A DNA stretch of 64,000 nt from Polyangiales bacterium (GTDB lineage Bacteria > Myxococcota_A > Polyangia > Polyangiales > Houyiibacteriaceae): positions 16,599 through 80,598 of the forward strand of contig JBFGKE010000010.1 of assembly GCA_041576815.1 (NCBI GenBank). The letters are read 5' to 3'. The position numbers were made by a program, and so were the translations under genes. Below, piece after piece: positions 1-8,382 of this stretch (position 1 is its first letter; each line of letters begins with the position of its first letter). Below the pieces are notes generated by a model. It had not been told where the DNA came from. It ran no database searches and saw only the letters and a program-made list of their open reading frames with translations.

Positions 1-19
1 GGAGCTTCGATCTGGTCAT
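1..19 (-). CDS. 5' fragment of a gene running off the left edge of the window (MTRSKL...)
   Basis: ATG at 19 on the minus strand preceded by a GAGGG SD-like sequence and divergent from purM. Only 6 codons are visible. Confidence 0.3.
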
Positions 20-82
20 CGGCCCTCGAATGGTCGCGGGTGTACGCGAGGACCGGGCCGCGGTCAACGGATTCGCTGCTCG

Positions 83-111
83 TTGACCGGCCGCAACCGA
101 TGGCCTAGCTT
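83..111 (+). promoter_or_regulatory. sigma70-type promoter of purM, probably leaderless
   Basis: TTGACC (83-88), 17-bp spacer, TAGCTT (106-111), then 7 nt to ATG 119. No SD sequence. Confidence 0.6.
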
Positions 112-118
112 CCGCCGC

Positions 119-1141
119 ATGGCGGGGCTCACCTATCGAGACACGGGCGTCGACATCGAGGCCGGTGAGCGCCTCGTCGAGCGGATCAAACCACTCGCGC
201 AGTCTACGCGCTCACCGCACGTGCTCGGCGCGCTCGGCGGTTTTGCGGGTCTTTGTGCGGTTCCCCAGGGAATCGAGGATCCGGTCCTCGTGTCGGGCAC
301 CGACGGCGTCGGCACGAAGCTCAAGCTCGCTTTCGAGCTCGGCCGGCACGATACGATTGGAATTGACCTCGTCGCGATGTGCGTGAACGACATCATCACG
401 GTGGGGGCGCAGCCCTTGTTCTTTCTCGATTATTTCGCGACGTCCAAGCTGGACGTCGACCAGGCGGAGGCCGTGGTGAAGGGCATTGCAGAGGGCTGCC
501 GCCAGGCGGAATGTGCGCTACTCGGCGGCGAAACCGCAGAGCTCCCGGGCTTCTATGCGCCTGGCGAATACGATATCGCCGGCTTTGCCGTCGGGGTGGT
601 GGCCCGCGCGGCGATCATCGACGGGACCCGGGTTCGCGTGGGCGACCGGCTCGTCGGGATACGTTCGTCTGGCCTCCACTCGAATGGCTTTTCTCTGGCG
701 CGACGGATTTTGCTCGATGGCGATTCGCCAAGCTCGCTCAGCGATCCATACGAACCGGACGGAACGCTCGGGGCTGCGCTTCTGCGCCCGACTCGGATCT
801 ACACGAAGGCAGCGCGCACCGCGGTCGAGCACGAGGTGCACGCCATGTGCCACATCACTGGCGGTGGCTTGACCGAAAACCTTCCGAGAGTGATCCCCGC
901 CGGCCTCGGCGTCACGATCGACCGCAGAGCCTGGACGCCGGATCCGATCTTCGCGCTCATCAAAGAGCGTGGAGGCGTCGCGGATCCGGAAATGCGGCGG
1001 ACTTTCAACCTCGGCGTCGGATTCGTGATGGTCGTGGGGGCGGATAACACGACCGATCTCATCGCCGAGCTCGAAGCCTCGGGTGAGATTGCGTTCGTGC
1101 TCGGTGAAGTCGTCGAGGGCGAAGGCGTATCGTTTTCGTAA
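119..1141 (+). CDS. purM: Phosphoribosylformylglycinamidine cyclo-ligase (AIR synthetase)
   Basis: Motifs TYRDTGVD, GTDGVGTK, DLVAMCVND, LLGGETAE, SSGLHSNG, HITGGG, TFNLGVG. Start moved to ATG 119. Confidence 0.97.
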   Translation: MAGLTYRDTGVDIEAGERLVERIKPLAQSTRSPHVLGALGGFAGLCAVPQGIEDPVLVSGTDGVGTKLKLAFELGRHDTIGIDLVAMCVNDIITVGAQPLFFLDYFATSKLDVDQAEAVVKGIAEGCRQAECALLGGETAELPGFYAPGEYDIAGFAVGVVARAAIIDGTRVRVGDRLVGIRSSGLHSNGFSLARRILLDGDSPSSLSDPYEPDGTLGAALLRPTRIYTKAARTAVEHEVHAMCHITGGGLTENLPRVIPAGLGVTIDRRAWTPDPIFALIKERGGVADPEMRRTFNLGVGFVMVVGADNTTDLIAELEASGEIAFVLGEVVEGEGVSFS

Positions 1142-1148
1142 GGCACCG

Positions 1149-1784
1149 ATGAACGTCGTGGTTCTCGTTTCTGGTCGTGGCTCGAATCTAAAAGCGATTT
1201 GCGACGCAATCGACGCTGGGGAGTGCCAGGCCGACATCGTCGGCGTCGTTTCCGATCGCAAAGGCGCGCTTGCGCTGGAGCTCGCGGCCGATCGCGGCAT
1301 TGCCGCGCGGATCGTTCCGCTTCGCAAAGGAGATGACCGTGCAGCATGGAACGAGGCACTGGCCGAGGAGGTCGCGTCGCTGAAGCCCGATCTCGTGGTC
1401 CTCGCCGGCTTCATGCGAGTCCTCGGCCCACCGCTCCTCGAGAGGTTTCCGGGCCGAATCATCAACGTACACCCTGCACTGCTCCCCGCCTTTCCAGGGC
1501 ACGACGGGCCGCAAGACGCGCTCGACGGCGGCGTTCGCATCAGCGGCTGCACGGTCCACGTGGTCGACGCTGGGGTCGATACGGGCCCGATCATCGCACA
1601 GGCGGCCGTTCCCGTTCTCCCGGAAGACACCGCGGAGACGCTCCATGCACGGATCCAAGTGCAGGAGCATCGGCTTCTCCCGCGCGTGATTCATCAGATC
1701 TCGATCGGCGCGATTACGCTCGACCCTCTGTCGGTGAATCTACCAGAGACCGGAACGCAGGCGCTCGTGGTGCCTAGCCTCTAG
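1149..1784 (+). CDS. purN: Phosphoribosylglycinamide formyltransferase
   Basis: VLVSGRGSNL, LAGFMRVL, INVHPALLP, GCTVHVVDAGVDTGPII. Follows purM. Confidence 0.97.
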   Translation: MNVVVLVSGRGSNLKAICDAIDAGECQADIVGVVSDRKGALALELAADRGIAARIVPLRKGDDRAAWNEALAEEVASLKPDLVVLAGFMRVLGPPLLERFPGRIINVHPALLPAFPGHDGPQDALDGGVRISGCTVHVVDAGVDTGPIIAQAAVPVLPEDTAETLHARIQVQEHRLLPRVIHQISIGAITLDPLSVNLPETGTQALVVPSL

Positions 1785-1788
1785 AGCC

Positions 1789-3309
1789 GTGCCGACGAGC
1801 TTCTACGACGTCGTCGTGTTGGGGGCGCATGCAGAGCCGTTGCTCTGTGCCGCGCTGCTCTCGCGGGCAGGGCTCCGCGTGCTCGTGCTCGGTCATGGAA
1901 CACCCGAGCCTTCGTATCGGTTGGGCGACGTCGATTTGGAGCTGCACGCGTTCCCGGCCGCCGGCCTACGAAGCCCGGTGGTACAACGCACGCTCGAAGA
2001 GCTCGCCCTCCGACAGGACGTTCGCCAGCGCGCCTTGGACCATGGCCCTCCCCTACAGCTTCTCTTTCCCGAGCACAGAATCGACGTCCACCCACGGATC
2101 GATCCTTGGCTTCGCGAGATCGCGCGCGCATTTCCCGAAGCGCGTCGGCAGGCCGCCGACATCACGAGAACGCTCAGCGAAGTCCGCGACGAGCTCGATG
2201 AAGTGCTTCGCCGTGACCTGACATGGCCGCCTGAGACGTTTTTCGAGCGCCAGCAGTTCTCTTTGACGATCGCAGCGCAGCGTTACGACCGTCTGGGCCA
2301 AGGGTGGGGGTCGTGGCACCAGCTCCCCGTGGGCCACCCACTGCGCACCGCGTTCGAGGGCATGCTTCCCTACCTTTCCGGGCTTCTACCCGCCCAGCAT
2401 TCCGACGCGACGCGTGCGCGCCTGGCCGGCCACGTCCTTGCGGGCGTCACCGAGCTCGCCGGGGGCTGGACCTGGCTGCGGAGTGCGCTGATCGAGCGAA
2501 TCGGCTCCTGGGGCGGCGACGTCCGGTTGCGCGACGGCGCCGCTTCGATCCGCCAAGGCGGCCGGCGCGGACACACGATCACGATCGCGCGGACCGACGA
2601 GGAGATTGGCTGTTGGCAGATCGCCCACGGCGCCCCGATCGCCGAGCTTTCTCGGTTGCTCCCCGAGCGCGGCGCGATGGCCCCGCTCTTCGAGCGCGTC
2701 GGGGAGCCACGGTCGCGCGGGTATCGCTGCGCGGTGCACGTGTGCGTTCGCCGATGTGTGATCCCGGCGCCCCTCGGGCCATCGGCGCTGCTGTGTACCA
2801 GCAACACCGATCCTGAAAAGGCGTTCTGGTTGCAGCTTCGCACGGTTGATGACGATCGTGGGCTGCTCACGCTGCACCGGCTCGTCGAAGAACACCTGAT
2901 CGACACGGGATCCTCGCCCCTGCGCTTCGTGCGTCCAGAAGCACTTCACGCTCTCCGGAGCGTCATTCCCTTCCTCGACGAGCACGCGCTCTGGATCGAC
3001 AGTCCCCACGACGGCCTACCGCCAAGCGCACTGCAAGATGGTGTAGACCTGACGAGCAGCCACCCGTGGGCTCGCGGCCCCTCCACGATGCGCCCCGTCT
3101 ACGACTATCCGACGCGTCGAGCGCTTGGCGTGTGTGGACTGCCTACACGCACCCCGATTCGTGGCGTGTACCTCTGCAATGAGCAGGTGTCGCCCGGTCT
3201 CGGTTTCGAAGGATCCTTCCTCGTCGCCAACTCCGTCGCACGCATCATTCGATCTCGGTACAGAAGGCAGGAATGGCTTAGGCGAGGTCGTTGGACCCGG
3301 CGCCTTTAG
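1789..3309 (+). CDS. Phytoene dehydrogenase-like, FAD-oxidoreductase-fold protein with a degenerate dinucleotide motif
   Basis: N-terminal YDVVVLG...AALLSRAGLRVLVL and C-terminal TPIRGVYLC...PGLGFEG resemble CrtI-like proteins. Confidence 0.6.
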   Translation: MPTSFYDVVVLGAHAEPLLCAALLSRAGLRVLVLGHGTPEPSYRLGDVDLELHAFPAAGLRSPVVQRTLEELALRQDVRQRALDHGPPLQLLFPEHRIDVHPRIDPWLREIARAFPEARRQAADITRTLSEVRDELDEVLRRDLTWPPETFFERQQFSLTIAAQRYDRLGQGWGSWHQLPVGHPLRTAFEGMLPYLSGLLPAQHSDATRARLAGHVLAGVTELAGGWTWLRSALIERIGSWGGDVRLRDGAASIRQGGRRGHTITIARTDEEIGCWQIAHGAPIAELSRLLPERGAMAPLFERVGEPRSRGYRCAVHVCVRRCVIPAPLGPSALLCTSNTDPEKAFWLQLRTVDDDRGLLTLHRLVEEHLIDTGSSPLRFVRPEALHALRSVIPFLDEHALWIDSPHDGLPPSALQDGVDLTSSHPWARGPSTMRPVYDYPTRRALGVCGLPTRTPIRGVYLCNEQVSPGLGFEGSFLVANSVARIIRSRYRRQEWLRRGRWTRRL

Positions 3310-3329
3310 GAGCATCACGCCGATCGCTC

Positions 3330-3338
3330 TGATATGCT
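3330..3338 (+). promoter_or_regulatory. Extended -10 element of pilT, leaderless-type
   Basis: TGa-TATGCT ends 7 nt before ATG 3346. Confidence 0.5.
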
Positions 3339-3345
3339 CTAGCTC

Positions 3346-4473
3346 ATGGCAGCTCCTCAAGAGGCACCGCGGCTAACGCTACGGCAACTGCTGCGGCTGA
3401 TGGTCGAGCGCGGGGCATCGGACCTTCACATCACCACCGGCTCACCACCCCAGCTCCGCATCGACGGCTCACTGGTGCCCCTGCGCACCCCACCTCTGAA
3501 GCCACGCGAGAGCAAGGCGCTCTGCTACGAGGTGATGACCGAAGACCAACGTTTGCGCTTCGAAAAGGGGCACGAAATCGACTTCTCGTTCGGCGTCAAG
3601 TCGCTATCCCGGTTTCGCGCCAACGTCTTCCTGCAGCGGGGCGCGGTCACGGGAGCGTTCCGGGCAATTCCGTTCAACATCCGACCGCTGTCCGACCTCG
3701 GCGTGCCTCCGGTGGTCGAGGAGCTCTGCACGCGGCCGCGCGGTTTGGTGCTCGTCACGGGTCCCACCGGCTCGGGTAAGTCGACCACCCTCGCCTCCAT
3801 GATCGACAAGATCAATAGCGAGCACCGACACCATATCGTCACGGTCGAAGATCCGATCGAGTTCCTTCATTCCAACAAGCTTTGCGTCGTGAACCAGCGC
3901 GAGGTCGGCTCCGACACGTCCAGCTTCAAGGACGCTCTCAAATATGTTCTGCGACAAGACCCTGACGTCGTTCTCGTCGGCGAGATGCGAGATCTCGAAA
4001 CCATCGAGGCGGCGCTCACCATCTCCGAGACGGGCCATTTGGTGTTCGCAACGCTCCACACCAACACGGCCGCACAGTCGATCAACCGAATCATCGACGT
4101 GTTTCCGTCCGGTCAGCAGAGCCAAATTCGCGCCCAGCTTTCGTTCGTGCTGCAGGGCGTGCTGAGCCAGATGCTGCTCGCGCGCGCAGACGGCCCGGGG
4201 CGTGCCATGGCCTGCGAGGCGCTGGTGCCCAACGCGGCCATCCGAAACCTGATCCGCGAGGACAAGATCCACCAGATGTACGGCATCATGCAGACCGGCC
4301 AGGGCACGTCGGGCATGCAGACGATGAATCAGTCGCTTTTGCACCTGGTTGCACACGGAGCGATCGATCGCGAGCTCGCCGAGGTACGATCGCCGGAGCC
4401 AGATGAATTCCGTCAGATGCTCACGAATTTAGACCGGAAGGGCTATCACCAGGCCATCGGCCCCGCGAGCTGA
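3346..4473 (+). CDS. pilT: Type IV pilus retraction ATPase PilT
   Basis: ASDLHI, Walker A GPTGSGKST, Asp box TVEDPIE, RQDPDVVLVGEMRD, His box GHLVFATLHT, AIRNLIRE motif. Confidence 0.95.
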   Translation: MAAPQEAPRLTLRQLLRLMVERGASDLHITTGSPPQLRIDGSLVPLRTPPLKPRESKALCYEVMTEDQRLRFEKGHEIDFSFGVKSLSRFRANVFLQRGAVTGAFRAIPFNIRPLSDLGVPPVVEELCTRPRGLVLVTGPTGSGKSTTLASMIDKINSEHRHHIVTVEDPIEFLHSNKLCVVNQREVGSDTSSFKDALKYVLRQDPDVVLVGEMRDLETIEAALTISETGHLVFATLHTNTAAQSINRIIDVFPSGQQSQIRAQLSFVLQGVLSQMLLARADGPGRAMACEALVPNAAIRNLIREDKIHQMYGIMQTGQGTSGMQTMNQSLLHLVAHGAIDRELAEVRSPEPDEFRQMLTNLDRKGYHQAIGPAS

Positions 4474-4522
4474 TTCGGCATCCCAGCCAGTTCTTGATTA
4501 TTGTTAAGGGCGGGATTTGCCG

Positions 4523-5494
4523 ATGACTACTGGAATTAAACACCCGTGCTGCACTTCGGTGCTTGCTTTCACATTCTGTTTGGTATTTTCCGTCGTTGCC
4601 GCAGCTGACAGCGGCGCCCACGAGGTTTCGGTGGAGGAGCGGGCGAAGGCTGCAGAAGCCTACGACCAAGGAACCTCTGCGTACCTCTCGGAGCGGTACG
4701 AGCTCGCCGCCGACTGGTTCGAGCGAGCGTACCGTTTGGTCCCGACGCCGATTGCTCTGACGCAGGCGGTGCGCGCCCATTACAAGGCCGACAACGCGAT
4801 CCGCGCTGCAAACCTCGCCCTGCAGCTTCGGCAGGAATATCCAACGGACGCAACCTCGAAGCAGGTGGCCGACGAAGTCATCGCGTCGGTTAAGCCCTTG
4901 AACGTTCTCGTGACGACACAGTGCGACCGCGAGTGCACGCTCGAGCTCGACGGGGCTCTCGTTGAGCACTCCACGTTCTTCGTGACGCCACAGATGCTGC
5001 ACACGATCAAAGCGGGGTTCGACGCGGGTGAGTCCTCGACCGAGGTGCGCGGCTCCGCGGGCGAGGTGAAGAAGGTGAGGTTCGTGGCGCCGATTCCGCC
5101 CCCACCCCCACCCGTGCCCCGGGCGGTGTTCTTTTCGACATTGAGTGCCACGCTTGCCCTCGGCGCAGTCACTGTCTGGTCCGGTATCGATGCGAACCGG
5201 GGTGTCGACGCCTTCGAGTCGGCCGCGCGCAACGCGAACTCCCCCGGCATCAACAACAACGCCTCACCGACGCCCGAACAGCAGGCGGAGTCCCTTCTCG
5301 AGGAGGGCCGCAAGAAGGAGCGGCGAACGAACATCCTGATCGGGGTCACTGCGGGCATGGCTGCCACCACGGCAGTGCTGGGCGTGTTCACCAACTGGAA
5401 GAAAGAGTCGCGCGAGCCGTCCGCGAGGCGGATCGAGCCCGCGATCGGAGTGAGTCGCGAGGGAGGCAGCCTGACGCTTAAAGGGCGCTTTTGA
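4523..5494 (+). CDS. Secreted/membrane TPR-like protein (myxobacterial TPR/PEGA-type kinase partner)
   Basis: Signal peptide, TPR-like AAEAYDQG...AADWFERAY, two C-terminal hydrophobic segments and a terminal beta-strand ending in F. TGATG-coupled to the kinase. Confidence 0.6.
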   Translation: MTTGIKHPCCTSVLAFTFCLVFSVVAAADSGAHEVSVEERAKAAEAYDQGTSAYLSERYELAADWFERAYRLVPTPIALTQAVRAHYKADNAIRAANLALQLRQEYPTDATSKQVADEVIASVKPLNVLVTTQCDRECTLELDGALVEHSTFFVTPQMLHTIKAGFDAGESSTEVRGSAGEVKKVRFVAPIPPPPPPVPRAVFFSTLSATLALGAVTVWSGIDANRGVDAFESAARNANSPGINNNASPTPEQQAESLLEEGRKKERRTNILIGVTAGMAATTAVLGVFTNWKKESREPSARRIEPAIGVSREGGSLTLKGRF

Positions 5495-7065
5495 TGAACT
5501 CACCGTTCAGCGCGCCAGGGTCCGACCCGCGGGTTTCGATGCCAATGGCAGGTCGGCAGCTGGGTCGCTACGAGATCCTGACGCAGCTGGCATCGGGCGG
5601 AATGGCATCGGTCTATCTCGCGCGGGCGCAAGGCGTCGCTGGATTCGAGCGGCTGGTCGCCATCAAGGTGCTTCACCCGCACCTCGCGTACGAGCAAGAG
5701 TTCATCTCGATGTTCCTCGACGAAGCGCGGCTCGCTGCGCGAATCCGCCACACGAACGTCGTGCCGACGCTGGACGTGAGTGACAGCCCGGGTGACGGCT
5801 ACTTTCTCGTCATGGAGTACATCGAGGGCAATCACCTCGGGGCTCTTCTCGGTCGCGCGGCGAAGCGTGGCGAGCGGCTTCCACGCCCGTTCGTCTGCCG
5901 GGTGCTCGTCGATACGCTCCAGGGCCTGGCGGCCGCCCATCGTCTGACAGACGAGCAAGGCACGCCCCTGAAGCTCGTGCACCGCGATGTCTCGCCGCAC
6001 AACATCCTCATCGGAACCGACGGAATAGCACGGCTGACCGACTTCGGCGTGGCAAAAGCGGAAGTCCGGATGGCCTCGACCCGTGCCGGTCAGTTCAAGG
6101 GGAAGCTTTCGTACATGGCCCCCGAGCAGGCGTCGTCCAACGAAACCGACCAACGCTCGGACTTGTTCAGCGTCGGGATCATCCTTTGGGAATCACTCAC
6201 GGGCCGCCGCCTCTTCAAAGGCGAGTCCAACGCAGCGACGCTCAACAAACTGCTGAACGACACGGTCGTGAAGCCTTCCTCTCTGTGGCCCGACCTCGAG
6301 CGTTTCGACGACGTCGTGATGAAGGCGCTGAGCCGCAACCCGGAGGATCGGTTCCAAAGCGCAGAGGCATTCGGGCTCGCGCTCGATGACACGGCCGGAC
6401 GCGGGGGTGTCGCGAAAACCCGCGACGTCGCCGAGGTGGTTCGCACGCTCGACGCGGAAAAGCTTCAGGCAGAGCGCGACCGGGCCCGAGCAGCAATCGA
6501 CATGCTCGGGGCGACCGAAATCAGTCGGACGCAGGTGCCGATGCCGCGAGAGGGCACGCCCTCGGCCAGTCAGACGTACGCGCGGGATCGTACGACGGGC
6601 TCGTATCTGCACGGAAGCACGTCGGGAGTGCTCGGCGATGGAACGCCGGTGCTGGTGAAATCGGCCTCCGACTCGAAGGTCTTGACCTGGGTCGTGATGG
6701 GACTGGCCGCGGTCATCTTCATCTACGCCGGGTTCCTCGTGTCACAGCTCTTGAAACCTCCGACCCCGGCACGGCCCGCGCAGCCCGCGCCGATCGCGGA
6801 AACCGAAACGCCCGTCGAGGCATCCAAGCCGGCCGCCCCCGTCCCTCGCCCTACCGAATCGGACACGGAGGCGGAATCGACACCGGAACGCCCTAGCAGC
6901 ACGTCGCGAGCGAGGCGGCGGCGCTCGAGGCCCAAGGCCGTCCCCGAGGCGGCGCGCGCGGCTGAGTCGGAAAAGGCGGCAAAGAAAGAAGGCACGACGG
7001 AGCCGCCTCAAGCCCCGAAGCCCGACCCCGTCGACATCGACATTCGCAACCCGTACCGAAACTAG
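5494..7065 (+). CDS. Membrane-anchored Hanks-type Ser/Thr protein kinase
   Basis: ASGGMASVY, VAIK, HRDVSPHN, DFG, YMAPEQ, a TM helix and a Pro-rich extracytoplasmic tail. Confidence 0.95.
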   Translation: MNSPFSAPGSDPRVSMPMAGRQLGRYEILTQLASGGMASVYLARAQGVAGFERLVAIKVLHPHLAYEQEFISMFLDEARLAARIRHTNVVPTLDVSDSPGDGYFLVMEYIEGNHLGALLGRAAKRGERLPRPFVCRVLVDTLQGLAAAHRLTDEQGTPLKLVHRDVSPHNILIGTDGIARLTDFGVAKAEVRMASTRAGQFKGKLSYMAPEQASSNETDQRSDLFSVGIILWESLTGRRLFKGESNAATLNKLLNDTVVKPSSLWPDLERFDDVVMKALSRNPEDRFQSAEAFGLALDDTAGRGGVAKTRDVAEVVRTLDAEKLQAERDRARAAIDMLGATEISRTQVPMPREGTPSASQTYARDRTTGSYLHGSTSGVLGDGTPVLVKSASDSKVLTWVVMGLAAVIFIYAGFLVSQLLKPPTPARPAQPAPIAETETPVEASKPAAPVPRPTESDTEAESTPERPSSTSRARRRRSRPKAVPEAARAAESEKAAKKEGTTEPPQAPKPDPVDIDIRNPYRN

Positions 7066-7170
7066 TCGGAGCACCGGCCAGTCTCAGTGGAATTGCGCCC
7101 CGCTTTTGACCTCTCGATCCCTAATCAGCTAGGCTTTTGAAGGGCCCGAAGGGGATCGGGCGGAGAGCAA

Positions 7171-8382
7171 ATGACCGAGTGGGTATACGAAGCGCGCACC
7201 CGCGCCGGTGAAGTCCAGACCGGAATCATCGAGGCGGATACGAAAGAGGCGGTCCAATCGCGACTGCGGGCTCGTCAGCTCAACCCCGTCAAGATCAAGA
7301 AGAAGGGGCGGGATCTCAAGCTGTCGTTCGGCAGCGGGGTCACCGCAAAAGAGCTCGTCGTGTTCACCCGTCAGTTTGCGACGATGATCGACGCCGGCCT
7401 TCCGCTGGTGCAGTGCCTCGATATCCTGTCGACGCGCGGCGAAAACAAGGCGCTCAATACGATTCTCAAAGACGTCAAGGAGTACGTCGAACAAGGCGGC
7501 ACGTTCTCCGAGGGCCTCGCGAGGCATCCCAAGCTGTTCGACGAGCTGTTCGTCAACCTCGTCCGTGCCGGCGAAATGGGCGGCATCCTCGACACGATCC
7601 TCAACCGCTTGGCGGGATACATCGAAAAGCGAGTCAAGCTCGCACGGCAGGTTCGCGGTGCGATGGTGTATCCCACTGCCATCTTTTTCGTCGCGGTCAT
7701 CGTCGTGGTCGTCATGCTCGCTTGGGTCATCCCGAGTTTCAAAGGGATGTTCGCCGAGTTCGGCGGTGAGGATTCGCTGCCCGCGCTCACCCAAATGGTC
7801 ATCGCAGCGTCGGAAGGCTTCCTGTCGAACATCCATTGGATCATCCTCGGCACGGCGGCATTCGTGTTCGGCGTGATGTGGGTCTACCGGCAGCCCGGCG
7901 GTAAGCACTTCTTCCATCGCACGCTGCTCGTCCTTCCGATTCTCGGGCCGGTGATGCGGAAGATCTCGGTGGCTCGTTTCACACGGACGCTCGGAACGCT
8001 GCTCTCGGCCGGTGTGCCCATCCTCGACGCTCTCGACGTCGTGAAGAAGTCGGCCGGCAACGTGGTCGTCGAGATGGCGATTCAGCAGACCTCCAACAAG
8101 ATTCGAGAAGGCCGGACGATGGCCGAGCCTCTGATGGAAACGAACGTGTTTCCACCGATGGTCGTGCAGATGATCGGCGTCGGCGAGCAAACGGGCGCGC
8201 TCGATACGATGCTCAACAAGATTGCCGATTTCTACGAAGAAGAGGTCGACATCGCCGTTGCCGCGCTCACGTCGCTTCTCGAGCCCCTGATGATGGTTTT
8301 CATCGGCGGCATCGTCGGCGTGATCTTGATCTCGATGTACCTGCCGATCTTCTCGATTGCGGGTAAAGTCAACGCGGAGTGA
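7171..8382 (+). CDS. pilC: Type IV pilus platform protein PilC (GspF family)
   Basis: FTRQFATMIDAGLPL, AGEMGGILD, GAMVYP, GEQTGALDTML, EPLMMV...MYLPIF. Confidence 0.95.
   Translation: MTEWVYEARTRAGEVQTGIIEADTKEAVQSRLRARQLNPVKIKKKGRDLKLSFGSGVTAKELVVFTRQFATMIDAGLPLVQCLDILSTRGENKALNTILKDVKEYVEQGGTFSEGLARHPKLFDELFVNLVRAGEMGGILDTILNRLAGYIEKRVKLARQVRGAMVYPTAIFFVAVIVVVVMLAWVIPSFKGMFAEFGGEDSLPALTQMVIAASEGFLSNIHWIILGTAAFVFGVMWVYRQPGGKHFFHRTLLVLPILGPVMRKISVARFTRTLGTLLSAGVPILDALDVVKKSAGNVVVEMAIQQTSNKIREGRTMAEPLMETNVFPPMVVQMIGVGEQTGALDTMLNKIADFYEEEVDIAVAALTSLLEPLMMVFIGGIVGVILISMYLPIFSIAGKVNAE

Noticed and set aside
7115-7158. CGATCCC..GGGATCG hairpin upstream of pilC as a c-di-GMP riboswitch
   Set aside because: Only a 7-8 bp stem in GC-rich DNA, and no GEMM consensus features are recognisable.
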